Source: a virus
Lineage: Duplodnaviria > Caudoviricetes
Reading direction: 5' to 3' (one strand)
Virus record (IMG/VR): IMGVR_UViG_3300028048_000057
Span: 1-64,000 of that record
Length of the DNA: 64,000 nucleotides
Shown piece after piece: positions 38,276-48,092 of the stretch; the first letter of the stretch is position 1; each line of letters opens with the position of its first letter. A program made the position numbers and the translations under genes. The notes beneath the pieces were generated by a model. The model was not told the DNA's origin and did not search any database. It worked only from the letters and a program-made list of their open reading frames with translations.

Positions 38276-38304
38276 TTGACAAATAATATAGACCTATTTA
38301 TAAT
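38276..38304 (+). promoter_or_regulatory. Consensus sigma-A/70 early promoter
   Basis: TTGACA-17 bp-TATAAT. Confidence 0.9.
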
Positions 38305-38330
38305 TGTGATTGAAGTGAGGTACTAGGAAT

Positions 38331-39092
38331 ATGGAATTACCAAAATTAACTAAAGAAATTGCTAAACAAATTGATGACAACTATCAAAAGTTCTTAAAGA
38401 ATGAAGAACTCAAAGAAGCATTAAGAGAAGATGATATGCTTAAAGCAAAGGCATTAGCAGAATATCTTGGTGTAGATGTTGAAGATATTGAAAATACAGG
38501 AATTGACCTCTATAAAGTAGATGGTGATGAATATTTAGTTCTAACAGATGAAGAGGCTACAGAAAAAGCAGAAGAAGAAATTCAAAATGTTTTTGATGAT
38601 TTAGGTTTAGATTCTTTTACTGATTCATTTAAAGAATGGATTATGAACAATTGTGTCTCTACAGGTAAAGTATATGATTGGATGTTAGATTCATATAGAA
38701 GTTATGTAGATGATATTGAATTAGAAAATGATTATACTTTTGGTAACAGACTTATTCAAGAACTCTATGATAATGGTTTATTAGAAGATGAAGATTTTGA
38801 AGTTGAAGATGGAGAAATCCTCTATGATGAATTAAGAGATTCTTCTATCTTAGATAGTAAAAAAGAAGAATATGCAAATCAATTAGCATCTACAATGGAC
38901 CCTATGGATTGGTTAAAAGAAATCTATAGTGAAAAAGATTTAGCAAAATTAATTGTAGATGAAGATATGATTGATATGGAAGCCCTAATTGAAGAATGTA
39001 TTAGATTAGATGGTAGAGGCCATTTCATTGCTTACTATGATGGAAATGAACTTGACCTTGGTAATGGCTTATTTGCATATCAAGTAAACTAA
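38331..39092 (+). CDS. Highly acidic protein, ArdA-like DNA-mimic candidate
   Basis: D/E-rich; EYLVLTDEEA and IDMEAL...DGRGHFIAYYDG; own early promoter and terminator. Confidence 0.5.
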   Translation: MELPKLTKEIAKQIDDNYQKFLKNEELKEALREDDMLKAKALAEYLGVDVEDIENTGIDLYKVDGDEYLVLTDEEATEKAEEEIQNVFDDLGLDSFTDSFKEWIMNNCVSTGKVYDWMLDSYRSYVDDIELENDYTFGNRLIQELYDNGLLEDEDFEVEDGEILYDELRDSSILDSKKEEYANQLASTMDPMDWLKEIYSEKDLAKLIVDEDMIDMEALIEECIRLDGRGHFIAYYDGNELDLGNGLFAYQVN

Positions 39093-39097
39093 ACAAT

Positions 39098-39125
39098 AAA
39101 AAGCAACCAAAAATGGTTGTTTTTT
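39098..39125 (+). terminator. Intrinsic terminator
   Basis: AAAAAGCAACCA-aaaa-TGGTTGTTTTTT. Confidence 0.8.
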
Positions 39126-39214
39126 ATTTTTCAATCAAAAATGGTTGCTAAAAAAGAAAGGGTAATAGAAAAAAGAAAGTAACATAAAGAAATAAAGATT
39201 ACCTAAAAGAAGTG

Positions 39215-39270
39215 TTGTATATGTTCTAATACATCCTATATAAATATAGTCTATATTATAACATATACAA
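39215..39270. repeat. Inverted repeat with nested palindromes
   Basis: TTGTATATGTT (39215-39225) / AACATATACAA (39260-39270), inner CTATAT-AA-ATATAG. Confidence 0.7.
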
Positions 39271-39324
39271 GAGTACAGGTCACTTTTTTACCTCTTTGTT
39301 ATAAGTTTTTGTCAAAAAAAATAT

Positions 39325-39353
39325 TTGACTAAAAACATAATAGAGTTTATAAT
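39325..39353 (+). promoter_or_regulatory. Sigma-A/70 promoter
   Basis: TTGACT-17 bp-TATAAT. Confidence 0.8.
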
Positions 39354-39371
39354 TTAACTAAAGGTATTATT

Positions 39372-39752
39372 ATGAGAACAGATATTACACTAGAATCTAT
39401 CATTAGCCTTAGATATAATGAAGAAAGAAACTATTCTTCTCTTAAAGCATCTAAAGTAGTAGAAGTATCTTTTGATATTATTAGAAAAATAAATAAACTT
39501 AGTAAAGAATGTTGGAATGATTTATCTATTCAATTTGCTATCTATAGACAAAACTTAGCATATTATAGAAGAAATGGTGGATTATATCCTAACTTAGATT
39601 ATCCTTTAACATATAAACAAAAGATTAGTCAACTTCAAGAAATTAAATATTTTATCCTTGATAATGTAGATAAGATTAAAAATAATAATTGGACTTATGA
39701 TATTGGATATTGTAAATACATAAGAGGACTTAGAGATATTCTTACATTGTAA
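39372..39752 (+). CDS. Hypothetical protein
   Basis: AAGGT RBS; own promoter. Confidence 0.6.
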   Translation: MRTDITLESIISLRYNEERNYSSLKASKVVEVSFDIIRKINKLSKECWNDLSIQFAIYRQNLAYYRRNGGLYPNLDYPLTYKQKISQLQEIKYFILDNVDKIKNNNWTYDIGYCKYIRGLRDILTL

Positions 39753-39806
39753 TGTATAACTTTAGTTGTATAATTAATTAAGAGTGCTTTATGTAACTCT
39801 TTTCAT

Positions 39807-39823
39807 TGCTAAATTTATTGATA
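39807..39823 (+). promoter_or_regulatory. Putative late promoter TGCTAAATTTATTGATA
   Basis: Extended motif upstream of 39846. Confidence 0.75.
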
Positions 39824-39845
39824 CAATAAATAAGGAGTTTTATAG

Positions 39846-42800
39846 ATGGATATAGATTCAAAGAGTACAAATAAGAATATTTGTAAAGAAGACTTAACTA
39901 GTGATATTGAATTAGTATCTAAGTCTTTTGGAACCTCTACACAACCATTTATGGGCCCTTCTTATATTTTACCTAATGGTAAATTTTTAAAAATAAGAAA
40001 TGCCAATATCAATATTTCTAGTAATGGAAGTGGAGATAGAGGATTAATCATTCACTTAGATGTTCAAAAATGGTTAAACAAACAACACAATAAAGAAGTA
40101 AGTAATATTGATAGTATAGATTTAGAAGAAGTTTGTATTAGAGTTAATACAGATATGGTAGAACATTATATTGTATTGCCTAAACAAAGACCTAATGATA
40201 ATCAGTTTGAAGCATTAAAGGATTGGATAGACTTCTACTTTGAAAAAAGAAATACTAATTTAACACTAGTTTCCTACTATGGTCCTACAGAGACTTATTT
40301 TGTAGGTACAGTTGCAGAAGATATTATTGATGATATTAAAGCATACTATACAAGAGGAATGTATTTTGAAAGTAAATCTTGTACAAAAGATAAACCTATA
40401 GTTATTAAAGAAGACTACACTCCTACAGAAGAAGATTTTCCATTTACTTTAGATGATATAGAAAATGAATTTCCTGATTTATTTAGTTCTAATTTTGAAT
40501 CTTGTGGAAATGCTTTTATTACTCCAGATGGAAGATTCATTCTTAGTGGAAAAAGATTTGATATGCATGCTGACTTTTCTTGGCAATGCTTAATGAACAT
40601 TGCTGGTAAGACAGAACAAGAAATTGAAACTGAGTGGGATACAAGTAAACTTTTAGATGCTTTTACTAAATATTTTGATTTAGTTAGAGTTAATGATGGT
40701 TCTAATAAAGGTTCAGAGGAAAGAGTTTATTTTGTAATTCCAAAAAATAGATTATCTAGAGGCCAATATGATGCTTTATTATCTTGGTTAGATTATATAC
40801 TAGAAAATAAGTTTTCTAAAAAGATTTATGATATTCAAGCATTTGTAGGAAATAATTATGCACATAAAAGATGGGATATATCTAATGATATTACAAGTGA
40901 TGAAATCATGGAGGATGTTGAGGGTGCTTTAATTAGAGGTTACTTTACTGAATCTCTTAAAGAAGAAGTTAGCGAAAGTGACCAAGAAATATTAAACATT
41001 TTAGATGAAACATTTGGTCAAGGTGATAGAATTGTAGATTGGTCAACTTATATTTTACCTAATGGACATTGTTTAGACTTTTGGAGTGATTGTATAAATG
41101 ATAAATATTTAAGTGATTCTCCAGAAGAATGGTTCACAGAAGATGAAGGTGAACACGCTAGATGTTGGGAATTCATGAATGCTATGTGGCCAGATAAATT
41201 TGAATCTTCTATTGAGTGTGAAGAATTTATGGATAAATATTGTATTAAAGTTAATATTAATTATCCATATGCTTCCCTTGCTACAAATAATGTTACATCT
41301 CAACAATGGAATTCATTAGAAAAAATTATGAATTGTCTTTTAGAACACCCAATAGATTATTATTGGATGGAATGCCCTAATGATGAAAAAGGAATGGTTA
41401 GTATCTTAACTAAAAAGGGAGATACTTGGTTAAACTTATTTGAACTAGGCCTTGAAGAATTCATGAAAGAAGTTAAAGAAGGATATACAAGAGGATTCTT
41501 TGAAAATTTAGATGAATATTTTGATGAAGTAGGATTTGAAGAAACTAATGAAGAATTTCCAGTATTTGCTAGTGATGAACCATATAGAATTAAAACTTTA
41601 ATCACAAAAGGTGATAAGGCTTATAGAATTTATTATGATAAGAGTACAGGAACTTTCTATCTCCAAGATGCTTTTGGTAATAGAACACATGGAGATATGC
41701 TAGACCTAGCCAAAGAAAATGGATGGATTACAGACCAAAGTTCTTTAGGTAAATACTTAGATACTGATTGGGATGGGTACATGGTTTTCATTCCATTCAA
41801 TTATGATAAAGAATTAAGATGGCACACAAGAATAGGTGAGGATGATTATTATGATTGTAGAGTTTATCCTTATGGTGTCATGTTTGTTAGAGATGATAAA
41901 GCATATGAAAACCCTCTTTTTAGTGCATTAGGAGAACCAGAAAGAGAAATTCATTATAAAGAGTCTAATGAAACTATAACTATTAGTGTAGGAGATAAAT
42001 CCTATGACTTAGATGTATGGGATGATTTAGGTGCTGAACCTAATGATGCAATCTCTTTGGATTTAGATAGTTTAGGTAAAAAGAAAAAAGACCATAATAA
42101 ATTTGAATATGTTTTAGATATGGTTAAGTCTTTAGGATTTAAAGTTGCTAATTCTGAAAGAAGATATGAACAAAAAGAATACATTAATTTTGCAAATAGA
42201 TTTTATGATGAATATCAATTAGTAAGAGATATAGATAAAGATGAACCTTGGACCTTAAAAGATGAGGAAGGAAATGTTTTAAATGATTCTTTAGATTTTA
42301 ATGATAGTGATAATTGGAATGTTATTTCTTCTTTACAAGATGCTAAAGATGATGGCATAGATGATATAGATGATGATTTACTTGATTTAGATGATTTAGA
42401 CTATGATGACATTGAAAGAGAATCTTTAGATGAAGGAGTTGATAAATACTATAGATTAGAACTTGAAGACCCTTGGGGAGGAAGGTCTGGCCTTATACTA
42501 GGTGCTTTTGAAATGATTCCAACAAAAGAGACTATTGAGGAATTTCCTGAAGATTTTGAAGAATTGACAGATGATGAGAGAAGAACATATTATGAAATTG
42601 ATAGAATAATTTCTAAGTTATCTGAAATTAAATGTCCTGCAGTAAATTCTAAAAACATTTTTGCTTTTACAAAAGAGGCTTACAATAAATATAAGGAAGA
42701 TATAAAATATCTACAAGAATTAGTATCTAAAATAGGTATGAAAGTTATTATTAATGAAGTAGATGTAGATGATTTAGATATAGAGTATAAGGATGATGAC

Positions 42801-45800
42801 CAAATTGCTTTTGATGTAAGAAAGTATAATCCAAGAGAAATAACTGAATCAAAACAAGATATTGAAAAGTTCAAACAATGGGCGGGAGAGAAACTTGCTA
42901 ATAGATTTTTTGCTATTAAAGATAGAATTAAAGATAATGATAAAGATATGAGAGATATCTATTGGTGGATGACTCAAGCAAATAAATTTTTTGGTGATGA
43001 TGAGCAAGTCCTAAAACAATTAAAAGATTTTGTTAAAGAACTTGAATCAATTCCAACAAAAAAAGAGAGAAATAAAAATGCTAGAGAAGGTTCAGAAAAA
43101 GTCTATGATGATGGAAGATGGTTAGTTTTAAAAATTAATACATATGAAGCATCTGTTAAATATGGTAAAGGTACTGAATGGTGTATTACAGGAACTAACT
43201 CAAGTGATGATGAAGGAAACGGTGGAAGATATGATTTTGGAAAACACTCTAAAGGTGCTCAAATTTATTTCTATATTGATAGAAGTAAAAATAATAAATA
43301 TGCTTTAGAATTTAAAGATTTACATAATTGGTGTTTGTGGAATGAATCAGATTGGGTTGAGTGTGGTGAAGGTAAATTATTTAAACAAGGATTAGATGTT
43401 CAATCAGGAGAGACTTGGAATGCTTATGACTCAGGAGGAAAGCATCCTAATTTTCCAAACATTCAAGGATTACCAGACTTAAATAAAGCATATGAGGATT
43501 TAGCAAAAGAACAAGGTTGGGATAAACCTATTATTTTAGAGGAAATTGAAAAAACATTTAAGTTCCCTAATACTCCTACAATGCAAAGAGCATTACAATC
43601 TTTAGAAAAAGATGGATATAAATTAGAAACAATCAGAATAGAAGATTTAGTTAAAGATAATAATCTTTTAGATAACAAAGAATTAGATTATCATAAAGCA
43701 ATTTGGGGACCAAATCCAGATGATTATAGAATGGATGATATGGAAATTGATTCATGGAATTTTAATGATGCAATGTCTTGTGTTAGAAAAGATAATAAGT
43801 TATTATTAAATAATGGTAAACATAGAACAAGAGCCCTTTATAATAGTGGATATGAATTTATAGAAATTCCTGTTTTAAGTGAATCACTAAATGAATCAAA
43901 CAAGGAGTTAGATTATATTCATGAAATGGATGGAGATTATGTGGACATGAAAGAACTTGAAAATGTCACATACAAACAATTAGTAGATAATGATTTAGTA
44001 ATTAATCCAACTAATAAGTTATATCATAGCACTCCTGCAAGCAATTTAGAAAGTATTAAACAAAATGGATTGAGAATAGATAATAAGAATTTATGGTCTA
44101 TGTCTAAATCAGGAAGGATTTATTTTGCACTAGACCCAGATGAATCTATAGAATATACAGAGTATGCATATCAATGGGGAGCCTCTAATGTAGAAGATGT
44201 TATTTTATTGGAAGTTCCTATTGATGCTTTAGATTTAAATAAACTTTATGTTGATACTAATGAAGATGAAAATGGATATTGTATTGAAGGAAAATTGTGT
44301 TTGATGTCTCTTGAATATAGAGATAATGTTCCAGCATCTAGTATTAAAATTGTAAAAATTATAAAAGAAGATGAAATGGATGAATCTCTCAAAGAAAAAA
44401 TAGTTAAGAAAGGAAATAAGTGGCAAGTTCAATCAGAAAAAGGAAAGAACTTAGGTACTTATGATACTAAGAAAGAAGCAGAAGATAGACTTAAACAAGT
44501 TCATTATTTTAAACATATGAATGAATTTATAGATGAAGTTCCAACAAAATATTCAGAAGAAACAATAACCGATGAATTAAGTGAAGTTAAAAGATTATTA
44601 AATAAAGGAAATGTTAGTTATAGAGGATGCTATGACACCAAGGATAATGTAGTTGGTTTAAGTGAATTAGAATTAGAGATTCATGATAATGTTGAAAGAG
44701 CAATGGTAAAGAATGGATACTCTTCTAATTTCTTACATAGATTTTTAGTTTTTGATAAAAAATATTATGATGAAAATAGTATTGATGATGAAGTAGATTA
44801 TTATGATATACCTCTAGAACAATATGAATATGATAATTTTTATTTAGTGTGGGTGGTTGAAAAAGGTAAATCATTTACTAAAACAGAATTGTATAATGTA
44901 TTAGGAAAACCTATTAAGAAATTGAGATACATAAAAGAATCATTTAAAGAAGATTTAAAAGACAATCAAGTTGTATATAACTTTGATAGAGAATTAAACT
45001 CTAATGAAGTACTTTTATATCATCAAACAAGTGAAGATAAATTAAAGAAAATTCTTAAAGATGGTTTTATAAAACATGATGTTTGGGCACAAGAGAATAT
45101 AGACACATGGAATTATGGAGGATATGCTATTGGATTTGCAATAGATAAAGATAGAGTGCATAAACCAAATGATATAGATAGAATAGTTTATGTAGATATC
45201 CCTAAAGAAGATTTTGTATGCATTCTTGATTCTAGAGGTAGAACTTCAATAGGTAAAGAGAAATTTAAAAGTGAATTTGAATTAGTAGAATCAAAGGAAG
45301 ATTTTGAAAAATTTAAAGTATGGTGTAATGATGATAACTTATATAATAGATTTATGAAGTTAAGAAACAGATTAAATGGACAAGAAAAAGATATCTATTA
45401 TTGGATGGGCCTTGAAAAGAAATATGGAAAACATGGGGCTATTCAAGAATTACTCATCACCCTTAGAGATTTAGAAAGAACACCTACTAGAAAAGAAAAA
45501 GATGAACTAGCCAAAGAAGGGTCTATACTTTTATATAATCAAAATGGTTGGAAAGTATATAAAATAGAAACTCAAGAAGCATCACAAAAATATGGTAAGA
45601 ATACCATGTGGTGCATTAGTGGTGAAGGTGGATATGATATAGGGGATGGTTTTTGGGAAGGACATGAAGACAATACTTACTTCTATATCCATGGAAATGA
45701 AAAGTATGCTTTGATTTGGCCTAAAGGAGCCAAAGTTTGGGATATTTGGAATGATGAGGATGAAATAATTCCTTATATACCTAATGCTCCTAAAGTAGAA

Positions 45801-46064
45801 GGGTTGCCAGATGTAAGTAAACTTCCAGACTTTATTACAACCAATGTTGCTAAGTTATACAACATAAGTGTAGATGATATTAAAGATGTAAAAAGTGCAT
45901 CTTATGATTCAGAGTTAATGGATTTATTCTTAGATTATGATTCTAAGCAAAATTATATAGTTGAGTTAAAAGATGGAACAACTAAATATTGTTATGTTAA
46001 AGAATTCACAGATTTCATTGATGTAACAGAAGAGATAGAAGAACTTATTGATGAATATTTATAG
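39846..46064 (+). CDS. 2072-aa polyvalent polyprotein (ART-like x2, ParB-like, PcfJ-like x2, other repeated domains)
   Basis: LYHST/LYHQT..I..G, NGKHRTRAL, two EAS.KYGK.T.WCI domains; linkers ESLKE 40950 and 44382, ESLDE 42420, ESLNE 43881. Confidence 0.75.
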   Translation: MDIDSKSTNKNICKEDLTSDIELVSKSFGTSTQPFMGPSYILPNGKFLKIRNANINISSNGSGDRGLIIHLDVQKWLNKQHNKEVSNIDSIDLEEVCIRVNTDMVEHYIVLPKQRPNDNQFEALKDWIDFYFEKRNTNLTLVSYYGPTETYFVGTVAEDIIDDIKAYYTRGMYFESKSCTKDKPIVIKEDYTPTEEDFPFTLDDIENEFPDLFSSNFESCGNAFITPDGRFILSGKRFDMHADFSWQCLMNIAGKTEQEIETEWDTSKLLDAFTKYFDLVRVNDGSNKGSEERVYFVIPKNRLSRGQYDALLSWLDYILENKFSKKIYDIQAFVGNNYAHKRWDISNDITSDEIMEDVEGALIRGYFTESLKEEVSESDQEILNILDETFGQGDRIVDWSTYILPNGHCLDFWSDCINDKYLSDSPEEWFTEDEGEHARCWEFMNAMWPDKFESSIECEEFMDKYCIKVNINYPYASLATNNVTSQQWNSLEKIMNCLLEHPIDYYWMECPNDEKGMVSILTKKGDTWLNLFELGLEEFMKEVKEGYTRGFFENLDEYFDEVGFEETNEEFPVFASDEPYRIKTLITKGDKAYRIYYDKSTGTFYLQDAFGNRTHGDMLDLAKENGWITDQSSLGKYLDTDWDGYMVFIPFNYDKELRWHTRIGEDDYYDCRVYPYGVMFVRDDKAYENPLFSALGEPEREIHYKESNETITISVGDKSYDLDVWDDLGAEPNDAISLDLDSLGKKKKDHNKFEYVLDMVKSLGFKVANSERRYEQKEYINFANRFYDEYQLVRDIDKDEPWTLKDEEGNVLNDSLDFNDSDNWNVISSLQDAKDDGIDDIDDDLLDLDDLDYDDIERESLDEGVDKYYRLELEDPWGGRSGLILGAFEMIPTKETIEEFPEDFEELTDDERRTYYEIDRIISKLSEIKCPAVNSKNIFAFTKEAYNKYKEDIKYLQELVSKIGMKVIINEVDVDDLDIEYKDDDQIAFDVRKYNPREITESKQDIEKFKQWAGEKLANRFFAIKDRIKDNDKDMRDIYWWMTQANKFFGDDEQVLKQLKDFVKELESIPTKKERNKNAREGSEKVYDDGRWLVLKINTYEASVKYGKGTEWCITGTNSSDDEGNGGRYDFGKHSKGAQIYFYIDRSKNNKYALEFKDLHNWCLWNESDWVECGEGKLFKQGLDVQSGETWNAYDSGGKHPNFPNIQGLPDLNKAYEDLAKEQGWDKPIILEEIEKTFKFPNTPTMQRALQSLEKDGYKLETIRIEDLVKDNNLLDNKELDYHKAIWGPNPDDYRMDDMEIDSWNFNDAMSCVRKDNKLLLNNGKHRTRALYNSGYEFIEIPVLSESLNESNKELDYIHEMDGDYVDMKELENVTYKQLVDNDLVINPTNKLYHSTPASNLESIKQNGLRIDNKNLWSMSKSGRIYFALDPDESIEYTEYAYQWGASNVEDVILLEVPIDALDLNKLYVDTNEDENGYCIEGKLCLMSLEYRDNVPASSIKIVKIIKEDEMDESLKEKIVKKGNKWQVQSEKGKNLGTYDTKKEAEDRLKQVHYFKHMNEFIDEVPTKYSEETITDELSEVKRLLNKGNVSYRGCYDTKDNVVGLSELELEIHDNVERAMVKNGYSSNFLHRFLVFDKKYYDENSIDDEVDYYDIPLEQYEYDNFYLVWVVEKGKSFTKTELYNVLGKPIKKLRYIKESFKEDLKDNQVVYNFDRELNSNEVLLYHQTSEDKLKKILKDGFIKHDVWAQENIDTWNYGGYAIGFAIDKDRVHKPNDIDRIVYVDIPKEDFVCILDSRGRTSIGKEKFKSEFELVESKEDFEKFKVWCNDDNLYNRFMKLRNRLNGQEKDIYYWMGLEKKYGKHGAIQELLITLRDLERTPTRKEKDELAKEGSILLYNQNGWKVYKIETQEASQKYGKNTMWCISGEGGYDIGDGFWEGHEDNTYFYIHGNEKYALIWPKGAKVWDIWNDEDEIIPYIPNAPKVEGLPDVSKLPDFITTNVAKLYNISVDDIKDVKSASYDSELMDLFLDYDSKQNYIVELKDGTTKYCYVKEFTDFIDVTEEIEELIDEYL

Positions 46065-46107
46065 AATAAACTATTGATTATTGGTAGGTTTTGATTTACA
46101 ATATTAT

Positions 46108-46118
46108 TGCTAAATTTA
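46108..46118 (+). promoter_or_regulatory. Putative late promoter TGCTAAATTTA
   Basis: Recurrent motif upstream of 46151. Confidence 0.7.
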
Positions 46119-46150
46119 GAGAAGATTTACATTAACAAGGAGAATTCCAA

Positions 46151-48085
46151 ATGAGTGTTAGAAAATTATTAGAAGATTTAGACATTGAAAATATAGATGA
46201 TGAAATAATTGTAGATGACAATATGGATGTTGTTGATGACATCAAAGATAGATTAATTGTTACAGATGAAGAAGGTAATCTAGTTTCAGCACATGTATAT
46301 GCTAATACAATTTTGATTACTTATGAATTAACAGAAGAAGAATTAATTAAATTACTTAAAGAGAGTGGAGAATACTTTAAATTCTTTACTTTTACTTTAG
46401 AAGGTGTAGATGAATTAGTTATAGGTAATGAACTTTGTACTATTGAAGATATTAAAGAAGAATTTTTATCCTCTTTAGAAGATGGAGAAGAATTAGAATT
46501 TGATGTTGTTGAAATCAAAGATGAGGGTGAAGATGAACAACCAAAAGCAGAGGAACAAGAACTTACAGAATCCATGAAGAGTGAAGTTACTAAATGGTGG
46601 AAAGATGTAGAAGATGCTAACATTGCCATGAAGTGGGGATTTAGAATTGACAATGAAGGTTGTGATGAAGAAGAGATGCATGCAGCAATGTTTGATATGT
46701 TAGATGAACTTAAAGAAGTTGGTGCTTTTGAATTGTTTAATAGTGGTAAAAAGATTTACAATAAATATGCTAAATACTCCAAATATAATGAATCCATTAT
46801 TGAAGGTTGGGGTGAAGATGGAAAAGACTACATTTACTATTGTGTAAGTGATGGTATGAACCCAAGAAATTCTATTATTTTACCTAATAGTGAAGATGCT
46901 AGAGAAAGAGCAATTCAAATTGCAAAAGATAATCAACCAAAATATAAATATGTTTCTATGTTTAAAAATGGGGAAGAAATTGTTATTTGGAATGCGGAAG
47001 ACTTTGACCCAAGCATTAATAATATGCATGTTGAAAACTTAAAAGAATGTAAAGTTAAAGTTAGTGCATTGCATGATGATGGTTCTTTAGCACATGAAGA
47101 AGTGGTTGAAATTGAAGGCCCTTATGATAGTGGTAAAATTCTTACAAAGTTTTTTGAAAAGAATCCAGAGTATAAACAATCAATGTTATCATTAGACTTT
47201 ATTGAAGAATCTATTAAAGAAGAAGTTAAAGAAGGACCAAGTGATATTTTTGGTTATATTAATGGTGATTTAGAATCATTTGACCCAAAAGCATTTATAG
47301 ATAAAGTTAAAGCAAGAAAAACTTCTTTACATACAAATAGAATAATTAAAGATACAGACAATTTAAAGATTTGTCATCATATTGTTTGTGAAACTTTAGG
47401 TTGGGGTGATGAACCAAGGGTTTATATTGATGTAGTTGAAGAAACTTGGACAAGAAACCCAGGTGATGCAGATGACATCAATTCTTATTCAGGAGAAGAA
47501 ACCCAAGATAGAATTTTAATGAAGAATTGTGGTAAAGGTGAAGAGGGATTTGCTAAGGCCATTGAAGTATTAGAACAATATAAAAAAGATACTTTAGGTA
47601 AGAATGAATCTTTACAAGAAGATAGAAAAAATCCTACTCCAGTTGAATTTAGAGAAAGAATTTCAAAAATCAAAACCTATCAAGAACTCAAAGATTATTT
47701 AAATGAATATCCAGAACTTTATTTAGATAGCAATGGTGTTGATGAATTATCAGTTTGGACTACTCTTGATGATGGAGAAATGGCTGGTGATATTATTGCT
47801 AATGTTGACCAATTCTTTGATGATTGGTATAAAGAACATCATTGTGATGAATCTTTAAATGAAAGTGGCTCTCATGAAGAAAATATTTCTAAAATTAGAA
47901 CTTATGGTGAATTAAATAGATACTTAGAAAAACATCCAGAATTAATACTAAAAAGTCCAGGAAAAGGTGTTTTAAATGTATTTAAGAAAGATGAAGATGG
48001 AGTTGAAGAATTTGTTTGTGATGTTAGCAAATTCTATAGAGCCTTTAGAAAAGAAGCAGATAAAGCAGATATAAGAATTAAATAA
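46151..48085 (+). CDS. Acidic multi-domain polyprotein
   Basis: ESIIE, ENLKE, ESIKE, ESLQE (47606), ESLNE (47849) linkers; duplicated ISKIxTYxEL..YL...PEL domain. Confidence 0.7.
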   Translation: MSVRKLLEDLDIENIDDEIIVDDNMDVVDDIKDRLIVTDEEGNLVSAHVYANTILITYELTEEELIKLLKESGEYFKFFTFTLEGVDELVIGNELCTIEDIKEEFLSSLEDGEELEFDVVEIKDEGEDEQPKAEEQELTESMKSEVTKWWKDVEDANIAMKWGFRIDNEGCDEEEMHAAMFDMLDELKEVGAFELFNSGKKIYNKYAKYSKYNESIIEGWGEDGKDYIYYCVSDGMNPRNSIILPNSEDARERAIQIAKDNQPKYKYVSMFKNGEEIVIWNAEDFDPSINNMHVENLKECKVKVSALHDDGSLAHEEVVEIEGPYDSGKILTKFFEKNPEYKQSMLSLDFIEESIKEEVKEGPSDIFGYINGDLESFDPKAFIDKVKARKTSLHTNRIIKDTDNLKICHHIVCETLGWGDEPRVYIDVVEETWTRNPGDADDINSYSGEETQDRILMKNCGKGEEGFAKAIEVLEQYKKDTLGKNESLQEDRKNPTPVEFRERISKIKTYQELKDYLNEYPELYLDSNGVDELSVWTTLDDGEMAGDIIANVDQFFDDWYKEHHCDESLNESGSHEENISKIRTYGELNRYLEKHPELILKSPGKGVLNVFKKDEDGVEEFVCDVSKFYRAFRKEADKADIRIK

Positions 48086-48092
48086 TTAATTT

